A model generated the notes under the pieces. It ran no database searches. It had not been told where the DNA came from and saw nothing but the letters and a program-made list of their open reading frames with translations. A stretch of 64,000 bases of DNA from Bugula neritina (Eukaryota; Animalia; Bryozoa): contig OZ037765.1 of NCBI GenBank assembly GCA_964035545.1, forward strand, positions 7,512,698 to 7,576,697, read 5' to 3'. Shown piece by piece: positions 25,885-38,553 of this stretch. The position numbers and the translations under genes were made by a program. How positions within the stretch are numbered: position 1 is the first letter of the stretch; each line of letters starts with the position of its first letter.

Positions 25885-26715
25885 ATCATGATACTGATTG
25901 TATCATTAAGATTATGATTATAAACTAACGTTCTGTAATTGCAGTTTTTATATTTTCAGTTAGTGAATTATCTATGCTTATTTTCATGTTATTTTAACAG
26001 TTATAGTAAAAGCCATAGCCCATACTGATACTCATACTCAGTCTCATGTCTCATAGTGATACTGATAGTGATACTCATACTGATAGTGATAGTCATACTC
26101 ATAGCCATAGGACGGGTATCATAAGTATACTTTTACTTTAAGTTTAAGTTTATACTTAATCTTATAGTTATACTCATAACTTATAGTTATACTTATTAAT
26201 TATTTAGTATTAGTATTACTAGGCCTATTTAGTTTTACTGACATAGACACTATTACTATGATTATGACTATCACTATGGCTAACACAGTAACAGTATAAC
26301 TCTGAGTATGAGTAACCTTGTCTCCAAGAGTAACTTAGTAAGACTAAGAGTAAGTCTAATACTAATAGTAATAGTAATACTTATAATAACTATAAGACTA
26401 ATAGTAATAGTTAATAAGTTGTAGTTATACTAGTACCATACCTTGAAATATTAACAGTAAGTGTAACTGTAAGAGTTACACTAATAGTAATACTAATAGT
26501 ATTACTATTAGTATTAGTACTAGTAGTAGTAGTACTATTACTTGATCTAGTACTAAGTAATACTATTAGTGATTCACTAGACTTAGTATGAAGTGTAATT
26601 TTGCAATTAGTATTGCTATAACTATTAGTGAGTGAATACTATTACTGTTAGTATTAGCATTACTTATATCAACTTATAGTTATTTACTAGTAATACTAAT
26701 AGTAGTAATACTACC
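25885..26715. repeat. Hexamer-periodic tract (inferred TMC intron 1)
   Basis: atactg/atactc/atagtg, ttatag/ttatac, taatag/taatac arrays. Confidence 0.8.
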
Positions 26716-26734
26716 CACTTACCAATATTTTTAT

Positions 26735-27368
26735 TTGGCCGTCATTGACCCTACCAAGGCGTTTGATACAGTTAACAGGAAATTGCCCTAAAACATTCTC
26801 GGAAAGATTAGCTGTCCTTCAAAATTTTTAACCATGGTTCGTCTTCACTACTCACAGAAGCTTGGACAACTTACAGTATGAACATTTGGAAATCCTGAAG
26901 TTTACCATAGGAAATTACGCGGTCTACTAAAAATCAAATAAACCAATAAGCGGACAAACAGCATCGTGCACCAGGAGACAAAGATACCAAGTCTAGAAAG
27001 TCTTGTCGTTAAAAACAGACTTCAATTGGCTGGCCATCTGGTCAGAATGGACAACAAACATATACCTAAACAAATCCTCTTTGGGGAACTGCAAATGGAA
27101 AGAGGTCCCAAGGTGGATGTATTAAGCACTTAAAGGACTGATTGAAAGATGGCATGAAGCGCTGCCATATCAGAGCAGAAACCCGATAATGGAATGCTAC
27201 CAAAAAGAGCAGGTTGAGACCTATGTTACACAGTGGTGTGAAGATTATTTATGATGAGAGACAGAGACATAGAGAAGAGCTGAGAGCAAGACGAAAGACT
27301 AGGCTCAGCTCAACAAACACTCAGATGAATGATGGCTTTCGATGCCAACGGTGTGCCCACATATGTTT
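26735..27368 (+). mobile_element. Degenerate RTE-like LINE relic
   Basis: Translates as IDPTKAFDTVNR..ILGKISCPSKFLTMVRL (RT N-terminal block), then EAWTTY..KIPSLESLVVKNRLQLAGHLVRMDNKHIPKQILFGEL (post-RT region) and FRCQRCAHIC (partial zinc finger); contains stops and frameshifts. Confidence 0.85.
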
Positions 27369-27990
27369 GTTATATTGTTACTATATAATATGTTTTATCG
27401 AGAAAAAGAATGCTTCAGAAATTACACTTAAAAACTGTCCCTAACAATTGAAGTAGTATAAAATAGGTTTCAACTGCTTTGTAAAAGACTTCATTTTCTT
27501 TCACATTATTCGCAATTAAATTTAGAAAATATTTAAAATTTAACACTTGTTATATGAAGCAGATGTTGAATTATGCTATTCATATGCAAATAGTCTTATA
27601 TTCAAACTCAGTCATATTTGAGTGATTTTATTCAATGAGTTCAGTTCTATGATTATATCTGTGGTAGTGATGAGAGTTCATCATGCCAAGCCTGTCAAAA
27701 CACTATTGCAATAGTTCGATTTTATTTTCTATTTCTGAAATTTTTAGATCATTCACCAGGCAATCAAATTAACTGTGTCTGCCTGTCATGTGTGGCAACT
27801 GGCATGTCACACTTGTTAGTCAGTGTCATAATAGCTTTCAAAATACGTATAAGCATTAATTACATTGATTGATTTGATATGCATTGGAATCAGCTGTTAG
27901 TACTAGTAATGCTTTCTGTTGCAGTTGACTTTTAGGAATGGTATTAGTCTACGTATTATATAATTACTTTTAATCGCAAGGAGAGGATCA

Positions 27991-30900
27991 ATGGATGACC
28001 TTCAGATTCCATCTACCTCAAGAGGTTAGCTACAGAAAGTACCACTTTAAAGTTCACAGTTTTTAGACAATACTGTTGCTGCCATTCTTATGCTCATGAT
28101 TGCCAATTTTACACCGTGGCGGCTGCTATAAAATCAACATTTTAAAAGAAAAAGTTTCGTATCCTTATATTATTAATTTTCTGAGAAAGCTGACTTACTA
28201 ATTTTTACAGCATGCTGCTATCACTAGCTGTTGGGATGTTATACAGATAGGCTCTGTTGTTTATGTATAGAGCTATGCGAATCAAATTGCCATATTTTAA
28301 AAACTAATTTATGTTGTCGAAACTTTCATTCAGCAAAAGTGATTTGATAATGTTAAACAAATGAAGGTCTATCTTTGTAATTATAATATGTTTTCGTTTT
28401 GTCATTTATATTATTTTACCTACATTTTATTGCCTGATAAACTTTCTGGTGCTAGCAGGGAATAATCCAGATGAAGATAGTGATAATTCAGACGATGACT
28501 ATCTGGATATATTCGATCAGTTTGTCAGAGATGGCAAAGATATTAGATTTCAGTTGCCTAGCAACAATGCTGCCTTAGTTCTGGGTAAAAACTTAGAGGA
28601 AGTACAGCGCAAGTCGTCTAGTATAAAACGGCACAATACAACTCGGCAAGCCCTTGTACGGAGAAAGTCTACCAAACCTCCAACATTAGGTAAACCACTA
28701 AAAGAAAAAGCTGGATTTAATAGTCAAGTTTGATTGGCAGACATAAATATTTCTTAACCTTTCTAGCTAATGTTTCATCATCAATGCTTTTCTCCCCTCT
28801 CCCCCCCCCCCCCTGTACTTTTTTTTCGCTCTGTTTCTTAAGACAAACTATAAAGTATCACATTGAGTGGCTTTATCTTGAGTGATGCTTTTATTTCATA
28901 TTTCAGCTATCAAAGCTTTAAAGCTCTGACCACACTTGGGCGTTTATCCCTATAACTGTAGATCTTGGCCTATTTAACACAGTTTATTTTGAACTTGGAC
29001 CAGGATACAGTGTTTAAAAAGACCTTTGGTGTACTACCCATGGAGATATAGAACATAATACCTGTTACTTTATCCCATAACCACCTAATTATTACAATTA
29101 CTGCCAGCCCACCCTAAAGTGTCATTCCTTGTAATTATTCAGTTGTATCAGTTATTGTATACCATGTCTGCACTGTCTGTAGCAGTTACAGGCTTACAGC
29201 GTATCATCTTATACAGTACCTACTACATGTAGATGTTATTCATTTTGTTCGAGTATGAGTGTAAAGCAATCTTAAGACTATGAAGTAATTACTTAGTTTT
29301 TTCAATAATAAAAAAGAAATGTTTATCAACACTGTTTTAAATCATGGCTAAGCAACAAATGTAAACAGTGTAGCTTTAGTCAACATATATTGATGTATTT
29401 TTTAGGTTTACTGAAATATTTGTGGCAAATAGATAGTTTCAGTATTTGATATACAATTGATGCATAGACTAGTGATTGGCAGGATGTTAGATATTCACTG
29501 ATGCTTTATGCTAAGCTGGGTGGTATTCTACTGTAGACAGGACAACTAAGCCCACCACAGTCTTCTTAGAGCAGCCAACGGTAGATCTGGATGATGTCGA
29601 CAGCAACGCCGAAGAGTTTGACCATCTTGTATCTACAGAGGATCAGTTCAAGGAGTTGCAGAACATCAGGTGCAATTGTGTGGGCTATGGGTATATCTCC
29701 CCTTCTACTACAAGCTGTGTAGGGGAAGAGCTAATGCTATCACCAATGAGTTGTCATGCTGATTAATATACATCTCATCTAAACATCTTTATATCAGTTT
29801 ACTCAGGTTTTCATTATAAATGTGCACCAAAGTTCATCAGAAGAATAATCATACTAATTTTGCTTTAATTTATGATAATTTGTGTTGAAGGGGATAATTT
29901 TATGGTCTGTGGCATATATTAATAAGCTATTACTCACATATATATCTAATTTGCATATATACCTACGTGTTGTAAACTTCCTAACCTCTTCAACTGCATG
30001 TATGCTTATAATACGAATTAATACAGGCGGCTGTACGCTAAACACTATCCTCGCCGTGCATACAAATGTGGTGCTTCTCCGATTTCGTAAGTCAGCTTGT
30101 GACAGCACTTCTGTATGTTTCAATTGACTCTTTATAACTTTCTGTCTATCATAATATCATAGTCGTCTCTTTGCATGTCCACATGCATATAATCTCACAA
30201 CTACTGTAATTTTCCTTCTAATCAATTATTTAAATCTAATACTGCAAGATGATTATATCTTTTGCAATTGTCAACTATTTTCTGTGTAACAGTTGCTAGT
30301 GCTAAGCTAGTATCATGATGTATGATCTCCTGCATTAACTTGTTATTGTCTTTTATTTTTCTCTACTTTCAATTTTCACAAATATGAGATCTCCAAGTGA
30401 ATAAGGGTTTATCTTGCCTCACGATTGTCAATTCATAATGTCGGAGCTTTACTCGTAGGTCACTTACACTTTCTATGAGCCAGAAGAGAGATTATAGAGA
30501 TCAAGTTAAAAGTTATCATGTCAAAGAACCTTCCGGACTCACTCTGGCTAGGCATGTGGCTAACAAGGTAGAGTTCATTGGTCAATCTAGTTATCTGCGT
30601 AAGGGTAGACTTCTACATATCATATTTCAACATTTACGTCAGCCTATAATATACAAACTCGGGTAACAAATATAAACAGTGCAGTTTTTATAAACATCTG
30701 GATGTAAATTTTTCACATTTGAAAAAATGCAATTTTTTAGTACAGCTTGTTTTCAATGGAACTGGTGATGATAGCAATCGAAGGACCAAGTGTTAGAGTG
30801 ATGTATTGGAATTTGAAAGTGTTTTCAATTTTTAAATAGCAATACTCTATTAGATCCATTTTGCTTTCACTTTCCTTTCACGTATCCACATTATTTCCCA

Positions 30901-31409
30901 CCCCATAGCTCTCCTGTCTCTTACAACACCACCCATAATTTACGAACATAATAGATGCTAACGTCCTTTAGATGAAATTCCCTCTGTTGAAATGTGGGGT
31001 TGTAGCTACTAGATAAATGTTGCCAATACACACAATTAATTGTAGTTCAGCTAAACTGCCCTATCCAAATACCACACGTATTGGCCTATCTATACATATA
31101 AGTTTGAAATATTTGAGTTGGTAAAAGTCTACCTGTTTTCTACACATATTGCATTGTGAGCTCTTGCTAGTACAGTTGTTGTAGGATTATAATTCATTTA
31201 TATCAAGTTTAAAGCTCATTATAATCATGACCAACCAATGTTTTGTCTGCTAACCCTTATCCTTATTGCCTGTGTTTATCCAAAAAAGACAACTCCCAAA
31301 ACATTTTCCGGTGAAACACCTCGCCATTCATGAGTCACTCATCTATGTTTTAGTTTAATATAACTCAGTTTTAACCTACTATATTGTTTCGCACTAGCGA
31401 GCACACGCA

Positions 31410-31442
<33 letters not shown>

Positions 31443-34400
31443 TTTTAGATGTAAACTTTGTCGTTAAGCGAAAGTTGAAAAAATGGGTGGTACTTTAAAT
31501 GCTCAAAAGTTACATGGAAATATGAGAAGTGTTTCAGGGTAGCAACTAGGAAGTCTACTAACTTATAAAATGATTTTAGTGTAACTTTTCTATTACCTTC
31601 TAGCATAACTAAAGACATTGTAAATCCAGAAGCTAACATTTAATGAAATAGTTTATGCCTTGCATCAAGCAACTAGTAAAAGCATTTAGTTTTTTCACAT
31701 TATTCACTCAACGGCATTTCCTAATTACAGATAAACCTTCAGCAGAGACAAGTGTCTTTAAGTGTTTCTAGCTGCTACACTGTTTTTCTAATAGTCCACA
31801 ATAATTTTACAATGAAAAGAAGCTTAGTTGGAATAAAGAAAGGAAAATATGTGACATATATATGCATAGATAAGCCTTTAACCCTACCACTATGTTCTGC
31901 TACACTGTACTTATTGGTGTGGAGTAACTTTCATCCCATATATTATAGAGAGAACAGCAGGTAAGTTCTGCATACCCCCCTCCCTTGTCTGTCTGTATTG
32001 TGGCTTGTTGAGTTACTGGTGAGTTGGCCTTTGCGGTAGTGGCCTGAGGCTAGGGCATTGCATGCTAGAGGCCAGTGATTAGGTGAATTAACACAATTCT
32101 CTGCTTTACAGCTAACCCTCACTCTATCTTTATGTTGTTCAGTTACAATTTTCCAGTAAGTAATGGAGCATCATGGCACATTTTTATGGTGAAAACAGTT
32201 TAAGAAATAAATATGATATTGGTAGGTGGGCATTTGATGAAGTACTATTAAATAATTTACACTTGGGGTTGTGTTTTTACTTAATAGAAATGGATGAAAA
32301 TTAGGAATAACGTGAGTGAGTTTTCACATTACACTGACATATGGAGAGGTACTTTGAAGGAGATAGAAGGTTAGTTCTATTGTATTATATTCAGCGCTAT
32401 GTTATACAGCATGACTGTGTCTATACATGCTGTCACTATACTTATACATCTTTGTTATTCTTTAATTTCAAACTAATGTTCATGCTTTTATATTATGTTG
32501 TTTGTTTATTGCACTGCTGCCAAAGCTAGTTCCAAATTTGATTTTTGGTTAAGATGTAAGGTCTACCACCACTACTACCACCACTACTAAAGCTGCTACT
32601 ATTACTATTACTACTGCTGCTGCTGCTACTACTAATACTACTGCTACTACTAATACTGCTACTACTGTGTATGCATTCCGTGTTGGCAGGTCAGTTTGGA
32701 GCCGGCATCATGGAATACTTCAAACTTGTAAAATGGATGGTGTTTCTCAACCTCTTACTCTGCACCCCTATGCTGCTCATTATTATACCACAGTTCACTC
32801 TAGAGCCTTTTTCATTTGATGAGAGATTCGTCTCTGCCAATGTTTCATCTCTTCCATCAACCTTTACTAATTGTATGTATGAAAATTGTCAACTTTTCCA
32901 AAAGTTAGATTTGTTGCAACAATTTCCACATAGAAAGGAATTAATGAGATTTCAAAACAGCAAATGTTTGTGTGGTAGTGTTTTAAGTATTGCATTTTGC
33001 AATCTTTTTTCATGTTTTCAATTTGTCCTACTTGTATTTTTCTATTTTTCTTTTATATGGTTTTTAAATGTTTCAGCGTCAAATGCAACTTCATTTTCCT
33101 TAACCTCTACTGATTCACCTGTTGATATTTCCGGGACACTTGCTGAGCGTCTCGACCAGCTAAACAGTCTTGTGCATGACCATGAGCTGGCTAAAAACTG
33201 TACTTCAGTTTACATAGACTATCTCAGTACTTCGGATTCAGCCTGGTATATAAACGTATTGGATTTCGTTCAAGGCACGGTAGGTACTGCTGCATTGTTT
33301 TATTTTCTATTTAGCTGAAATTTATCACTTTCCAAAGTTTAATCAACTCTACAGCATCTACACAACAATTTATTTAACTTTTACACTCTTCACGGGCATA
33401 TCTGGTAGTAAGGCGAAAGTTGACATGAGTTTTGTGACATCCTTTCTGTTATAGTAATGAAGATTGTCAGTGAATGGCCCTTTCTTGATTAGCAGAGTTT
33501 ACCAATTTTAATATTAACTTTAGATTTATCCAATATTGTGCCTGTCTAAATGATTTTAGAGGTCAATTTAAAAATGTTCAACCAATATGTTCTATCAATG
33601 TGTTGGTTGAACTTTAAGCTAACCATGATTATTTGACTGTTACAGGGGATGTTTGAATATACTCCATTGTTTTATGGTTATTATTTCAACAAAACCTCTG
33701 GCATTGGTGGCAATATCAACTATCCACTCTATAACACTTCTGTGGCATATGCAATGGCTACAGCATTGTTCTTTATTATTAGTCTCGTATTTATTGTTGT
33801 TAGGTAAGTTTTTACTAATATTTTTTATTTATTTTCTGTGTTATAAACATTTATATTAGCTTTCTTTGCTGTTTATGCCAGTTCATAAAGGTTGGCGTCG
33901 GCTTATATCTGAACAAAACATGGAGTTAGATATTTATAACAGCAGTGTTTAGACAACTGCAGTACAGAAATTGTTTTATTGTAGCACTTCTTCAGGGCTG
34001 GAAGACAATCTGTTAGCTGATAAACTGGTCTACTATAAGTCTATTAACCAAGTCTTTGCAGGCTGGGATTTCGGATTATATAAAGAGAAAGCAGCTCGGG
34101 TGAAGAAATCTCTCATTAGGCTTGAAATAATGGTGAGGGAATAGAAATAGAGTGGTCTTGGAAACTGGTGGTGATATTCATAGTTTGTAGATAATCGCAG
34201 CAAACATTACTCTGATATTTCTTTGTATGTGAACAGAGAGACCTGGCGGAGAGGAAGAGATCAGAGAAGTATCAGAACAGAACTCAGTCTAAGAGGTGCA
34301 CCATATACATGATACGTATAGCTATCAACTTGCTGGTTATACTGGTGTTGTGTGGTTGTGCTGCGGCAGTCTACTTCTCACAAACAGCATCCGATGAAAG

Positions 34401-37400
34401 AGTGAGAATCTCACAGTATACAATTTTTACTTCTTTTTTACTTATATTTCATGCTTAACATTGTAAAACTGTCAAGCTCTGAATAACTGTGGGGGTTATT
34501 TTCATATCTATTCAACTTTTAAAATTTTTTGTTATACTCCGTGGAATCAACAGGAAGATTCAGAACTTTTTTATTTGTGCAAGAGGGTTTTGCCATGATG
34601 TTTCCAAGTTGTGATGATGGTATTAATTCATTAATGTTATTTGTTGGCCATATGTTATGAGAATTACAGGGAGCAGCTGTGGTTTAGTGGTTAGAGGGTT
34701 AGCATGGTAAACATGAGGTCAGTGGTTCGTGTCTTACACTGGCGGTGATGTTAGGAAGAGCATCCAGTCATAATTGCTCCTGTGCCCCATCTGAATAAGT
34801 CCTTAGCCTGCTTTAAAAAAACTTTTCATCATGGGTTCTCACAGGGATAGCAACAATAACCCTGTCTGAGTTGTTAAGGTGTAAAAAATACACCAATCAA
34901 AGTGTTGTGGTGACCTAGATAACAACATATCCTGTTTATGTTAAAGCTGCTACAGACAACCTCTAGACAATCCTCATCCGCTGTTGCTGCCTTCACTGAC
35001 CTGGTCTGGCAGTACCTCCCCTCTGTCCTCATCACAGTAATGTACGCTATATTCCCGGGCATCTTCAAGAGCTTGGCAAAGCTTGAGAGATATTATCCAG
35101 CCACCGAGCAGAACGTCACTATTGCTAGGTTTGTGCTTTGTAGCTGTCGTCCAATAGTAAAAGTTCAAGACAAATTTCATACTTTTTGTTGTAGAAGGAT
35201 TTGGTGTAATGTTGTCACATATAAATTTCAATTTTTTTTGTTTAAAATTTTTGTCTAAAATTATTGAGTAAGTTTGGATTACCTTGTTGTGAATTCTTTT
35301 TTTCAGACTTTCATGTTTAGTGTGTTTTATTTATAGTTTTTTCTAATTATACAGTGTTTTCTTTCAGTGTTATCTCTCTCTAGTGTCAGACCTGTTACTA
35401 GTATCGCTGTTGCATGTATTCTAGGATAGTGTTGTTGAGATTAGGCACCGTCTTTCTTTTACTTTTACCTATCTACATCGATGTCATGCAATGTGATATT
35501 GAGCATAAGGCCGACATATGTGGTAACTGCCAAAATATATATGTAAGTACTGCTAAATAATCTTTTTATGTATTGGTGTACAGCATACACATGTTATGTT
35601 GTTAATTTCTCAAAGTTTTGTTGCTTTCACTTGATAATTTTAAAATAATATGCTAATATAACATGTTCAATATTGTATCACCAAGTTATAGCTCCAGTGT
35701 CCAGTTTGTAAAGTAACTTGTATGTGAACACCGGTGATGTTGTAGTGTTGGGAGACATTTATTGGACAACAGATCTACAAGCTTGTGCTTCTGGATTTTT
35801 TTGTCATTGTGGGAGTCGTCTTTCTAGTAGAGTTTCCTCGAAAGTAAGTTAATAGTTTTTTAATGAGCTATATTTCTTTATTTGTTTAAACTCTCTCTTT
35901 AACAAAAATAGTAGTCATATCACTGTATGATCTCATATGGGCGTTCAGTTATTTTACAATTTATTAAACTGTGCTCAGCCTGTTTCAATTATAATTAAAT
36001 GAATATTTATGTGAATTCCTCACTCATGGTAATCTGTAGAGCGATTTGGAAGAAGTACCACAGAAGTAATAAAGTTATAGCGTATATTGGACAAGAGGAG
36101 TTTGATATCCCTGTCAATGTTATGGACATGGTGTACACACAAACTCTATGCTGGCTCGGCTCCTTCTACAGTCCTCTTCTTCCATTCATCACATTTTTTA
36201 AAGTTATTATATTTTTCTTTGTTAGAAAGGTAAAAATCCCATCACTTTGGAACTTATTAGATTTTTTTCATTCATTTCTTTGATTTTCACAATTATTTCT
36301 GATTTCAATTATAAAATATTCATGTTCTAATTTCTTGGTATACAAAGTTTTGTAAAGTTGAGCTGTGTGTTGCAAAACTGTTTTGCTGAGTTAGTAAAGT
36401 TTTCTGTAACTTTTGTAGCTTTCTCTCTTTCACAATCAAAAACCTGCCGTCTCACCTTATGGGGCATCTAGTATGAATTTGTTCTTCAAGTGTGTGTTAA
36501 CCCTAGCCTTTTTCATAGCCATTCTCGGAGTAGGCGTGTCAGTGGGAGTGTGAGTATAATTATTACTATTCTAGAATTATTTATGTATCTATATCACTTT
36601 TTACCAATCGGATGTTAAGGACTCTTTTACAAATTCGATTGAGATCACTGGTGTAAAAGTTCAGTTGAAGAAGTTTTTTGTGGTATTTGGAAAATATGAA
36701 CAACATAAAAGTCAGCTGGCCTATGAATTTCAGCTTGGCAATTTTCAACAGAAAGTGTATTTTATGCAATATGTTTTGCTAGATAATATGAAAGCAGATT
36801 TTTTTTTACAAAAAACACCTCTTAGACTTGAAACCAATAAATTTCTGTATAACCTAAATTAAAATATATCAGGCACATTGCATCATCACTGATCAGGCCA
36901 CTTTGCTGAATACCATAAACTTATATGATTTAACAAGTACATTTGGCTGGTTTTAGTTGTAGCATACTTCTACTAGCAATATAAATCATGTAAAAACTTC
37001 CATTAAAATTGAAATTATTGTAATACAATTGCAGTAATAATCAAATGATTTTCAACCATCACTGCATACCCTTAATTTGGCTTAAATTAGCTTTCAAAGC
37101 TTTAAACTGTCTTGTTGTCATTTAACATTTTCTAATTGTGTATTAAGCTGCACACTTGATAGTCTGCTGCTGTTGGTGAGTTGCTCGGACTAATAGATTA
37201 GGATGTGAAATGTTGTAGTGTCACCCCTTCCAGATCCTGTGGTCCATTCCGTACACACAGTACCATTAATCAAGTTAGAGGGGGTGCCCCTGATGAGCCC
37301 TACACGATATTCGGTGCAGTTGCTGAAAGCATGCTTCTACTACCAGAGTTTCCTAGAAATGCTATCACCTTTCTGGCTTCTGGACCCTTGCTAGCTGCTC

Positions 37401-38553
37401 TCATAGTCAGCCTAGTGTAAGGAAGATATTTCATGTATATCAATTTCACGGAGCATTTAGGAGCCTCATAGAGCCCGAACTTTGTGCTAAACATTTCTCA
37501 GCTTTAAATACCACGTTTTATTCGACCTATTTAATTTTATTCCGCTTTATTTAAATTGACTCATGCTTGTTAGATACTTAGTTTCACTGTTGAAGTAATT
37601 TATAATTGGTATAAATAATAATTGTTTATAATAAATAATTTAATATAAGTTTATTATTTTATGATATTCTTTAAACACATATGTATAACATTTGCAGGTT
37701 GGTGATTTATATATATGCAGCAAGGGCTTCAGGGCAGAAGAGGCTAGTTGAGTTACTGAGGGATACTCTGAAGAGAGTAAGTCATGCATTTAGTCACAGT
37801 TACAATTTATGCATGTAGTCACAGTTACAAGTTATGCCTGTAGTCACAGTTACAAGTTATGCATTTAGTCACAGTTACAAGTTATGTATGTAGTCACAGT
37901 TACAAACACCAAATTTGTTAATTTGGTGTGTGGCTGCTTTTGCTTGAAATAATTGTACAAAAGATCATTTTCAATTTTTTGTTAATTGAGGTGACAAAAA
38001 TTTTAAATAAAAATTATTATAATACCTAAAATTATAGCATGGAAAAGAAACGGACGAATATCTAAAAATACATTACACTTCTATGAAATGTTGTTACCCC
38101 ATTGGATGAGAAAGTTTCCAGTTATAATAAATGTCTCAAATTTTGAAAGCAATAATTTTAAGATTAAATATTCAATTATAATTTTAAAATTTTTGATTGA
38201 AACTTTGATAAATATTTGGCATATTTAGCCTAGGGCCACACGGTGCGTATTTGAAATCACAAGTAGCAAAGGTGTCCACTGTAGCGTCGTGAGTTTTGTG
38301 AACTGTTATATTTGGGTTAGATGCTAGCCTAAATGGGAAATTTAGGCTAGCATCTAACTGGGAAGCGTCTATCTGGAATAATTTGAGTTTTTGTTCCAGT
38401 GTTCGGTGTATAGTTGAATATTTATATTTACAATATCAAATTCACATTTGTTATTTGTGTATTTTACAGGAAGAAAAAGATAAGCATTGGCTGCTTAGCA
38501 AAGTAAACAAAACTTTGAGAAGAGAGCTTTCAGCCAAACCAGTTTACAGATAA
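27991..38553 (+). CDS. TMC: Transmembrane channel-like (TMC) protein, probably TMC5/7-like; about 18 coding exons
   Basis: Exons approx. 27991-28024, 28459-28689, 29537-29669, 30459-30567, 32288-32369, 32689-32872, 33077-33280, 33646-33803, 33985-34132, 34236-34401, 34947(or 34956)-35128, 35425-35542, 35746-35843, 36040-36228, 36419-36549, 37219-37416, 37698-37776, 38470-38553. Motifs WRGTLKEIEGQFGAGIMEYFKLVKW, GTGMFEYTPLFYGYY, VFAGWDFG, CWETFIGQQIYKL (TMC signature), EFDIPVNVMDMVYTQTLCWLGSFYSPLLP, PSRSCGPFR. Start exon and subfamily are less certain. Confidence 0.93.
31401..31440. repeat. (CA)n microsatellite
   Basis: gcacacgcacgcgcacacacac... Confidence 0.9.
32563..32667. repeat. Compound trinucleotide repeat (ACC/ACT/GCT)n
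   Basis: ctaccaccactactacc...actgctgctgctgctactactaatactactgct. Confidence 0.85.
34669..34890 (+). mobile_element. tRNA-derived SINE in a TMC intron
   Basis: Pol III A box tggtttagtgg at 34680-34690 and B box ggttcgtgtc at 34724-34733 with tRNA-like spacing; imperfect cloverleaf; followed by a body (gttaggaagagcatccagtcataa) and a short A-rich end. Confidence 0.7.
37791..37905. repeat. 25-bp minisatellite, about 4.6 copies
   Basis: (tagtcacagttacaagttatgcatg)n. Confidence 0.9.
38316..38358. repeat. Perfect 19-bp inverted repeat with 5-nt loop
   Basis: gttagatgctagcctaaat-gggaa-atttaggctagcatctaac. Confidence 0.9.

Noticed and set aside
34669-34745. Functional tRNA gene
   Set aside because: Acceptor and T stems do not pair properly and the sequence continues into a SINE-like body
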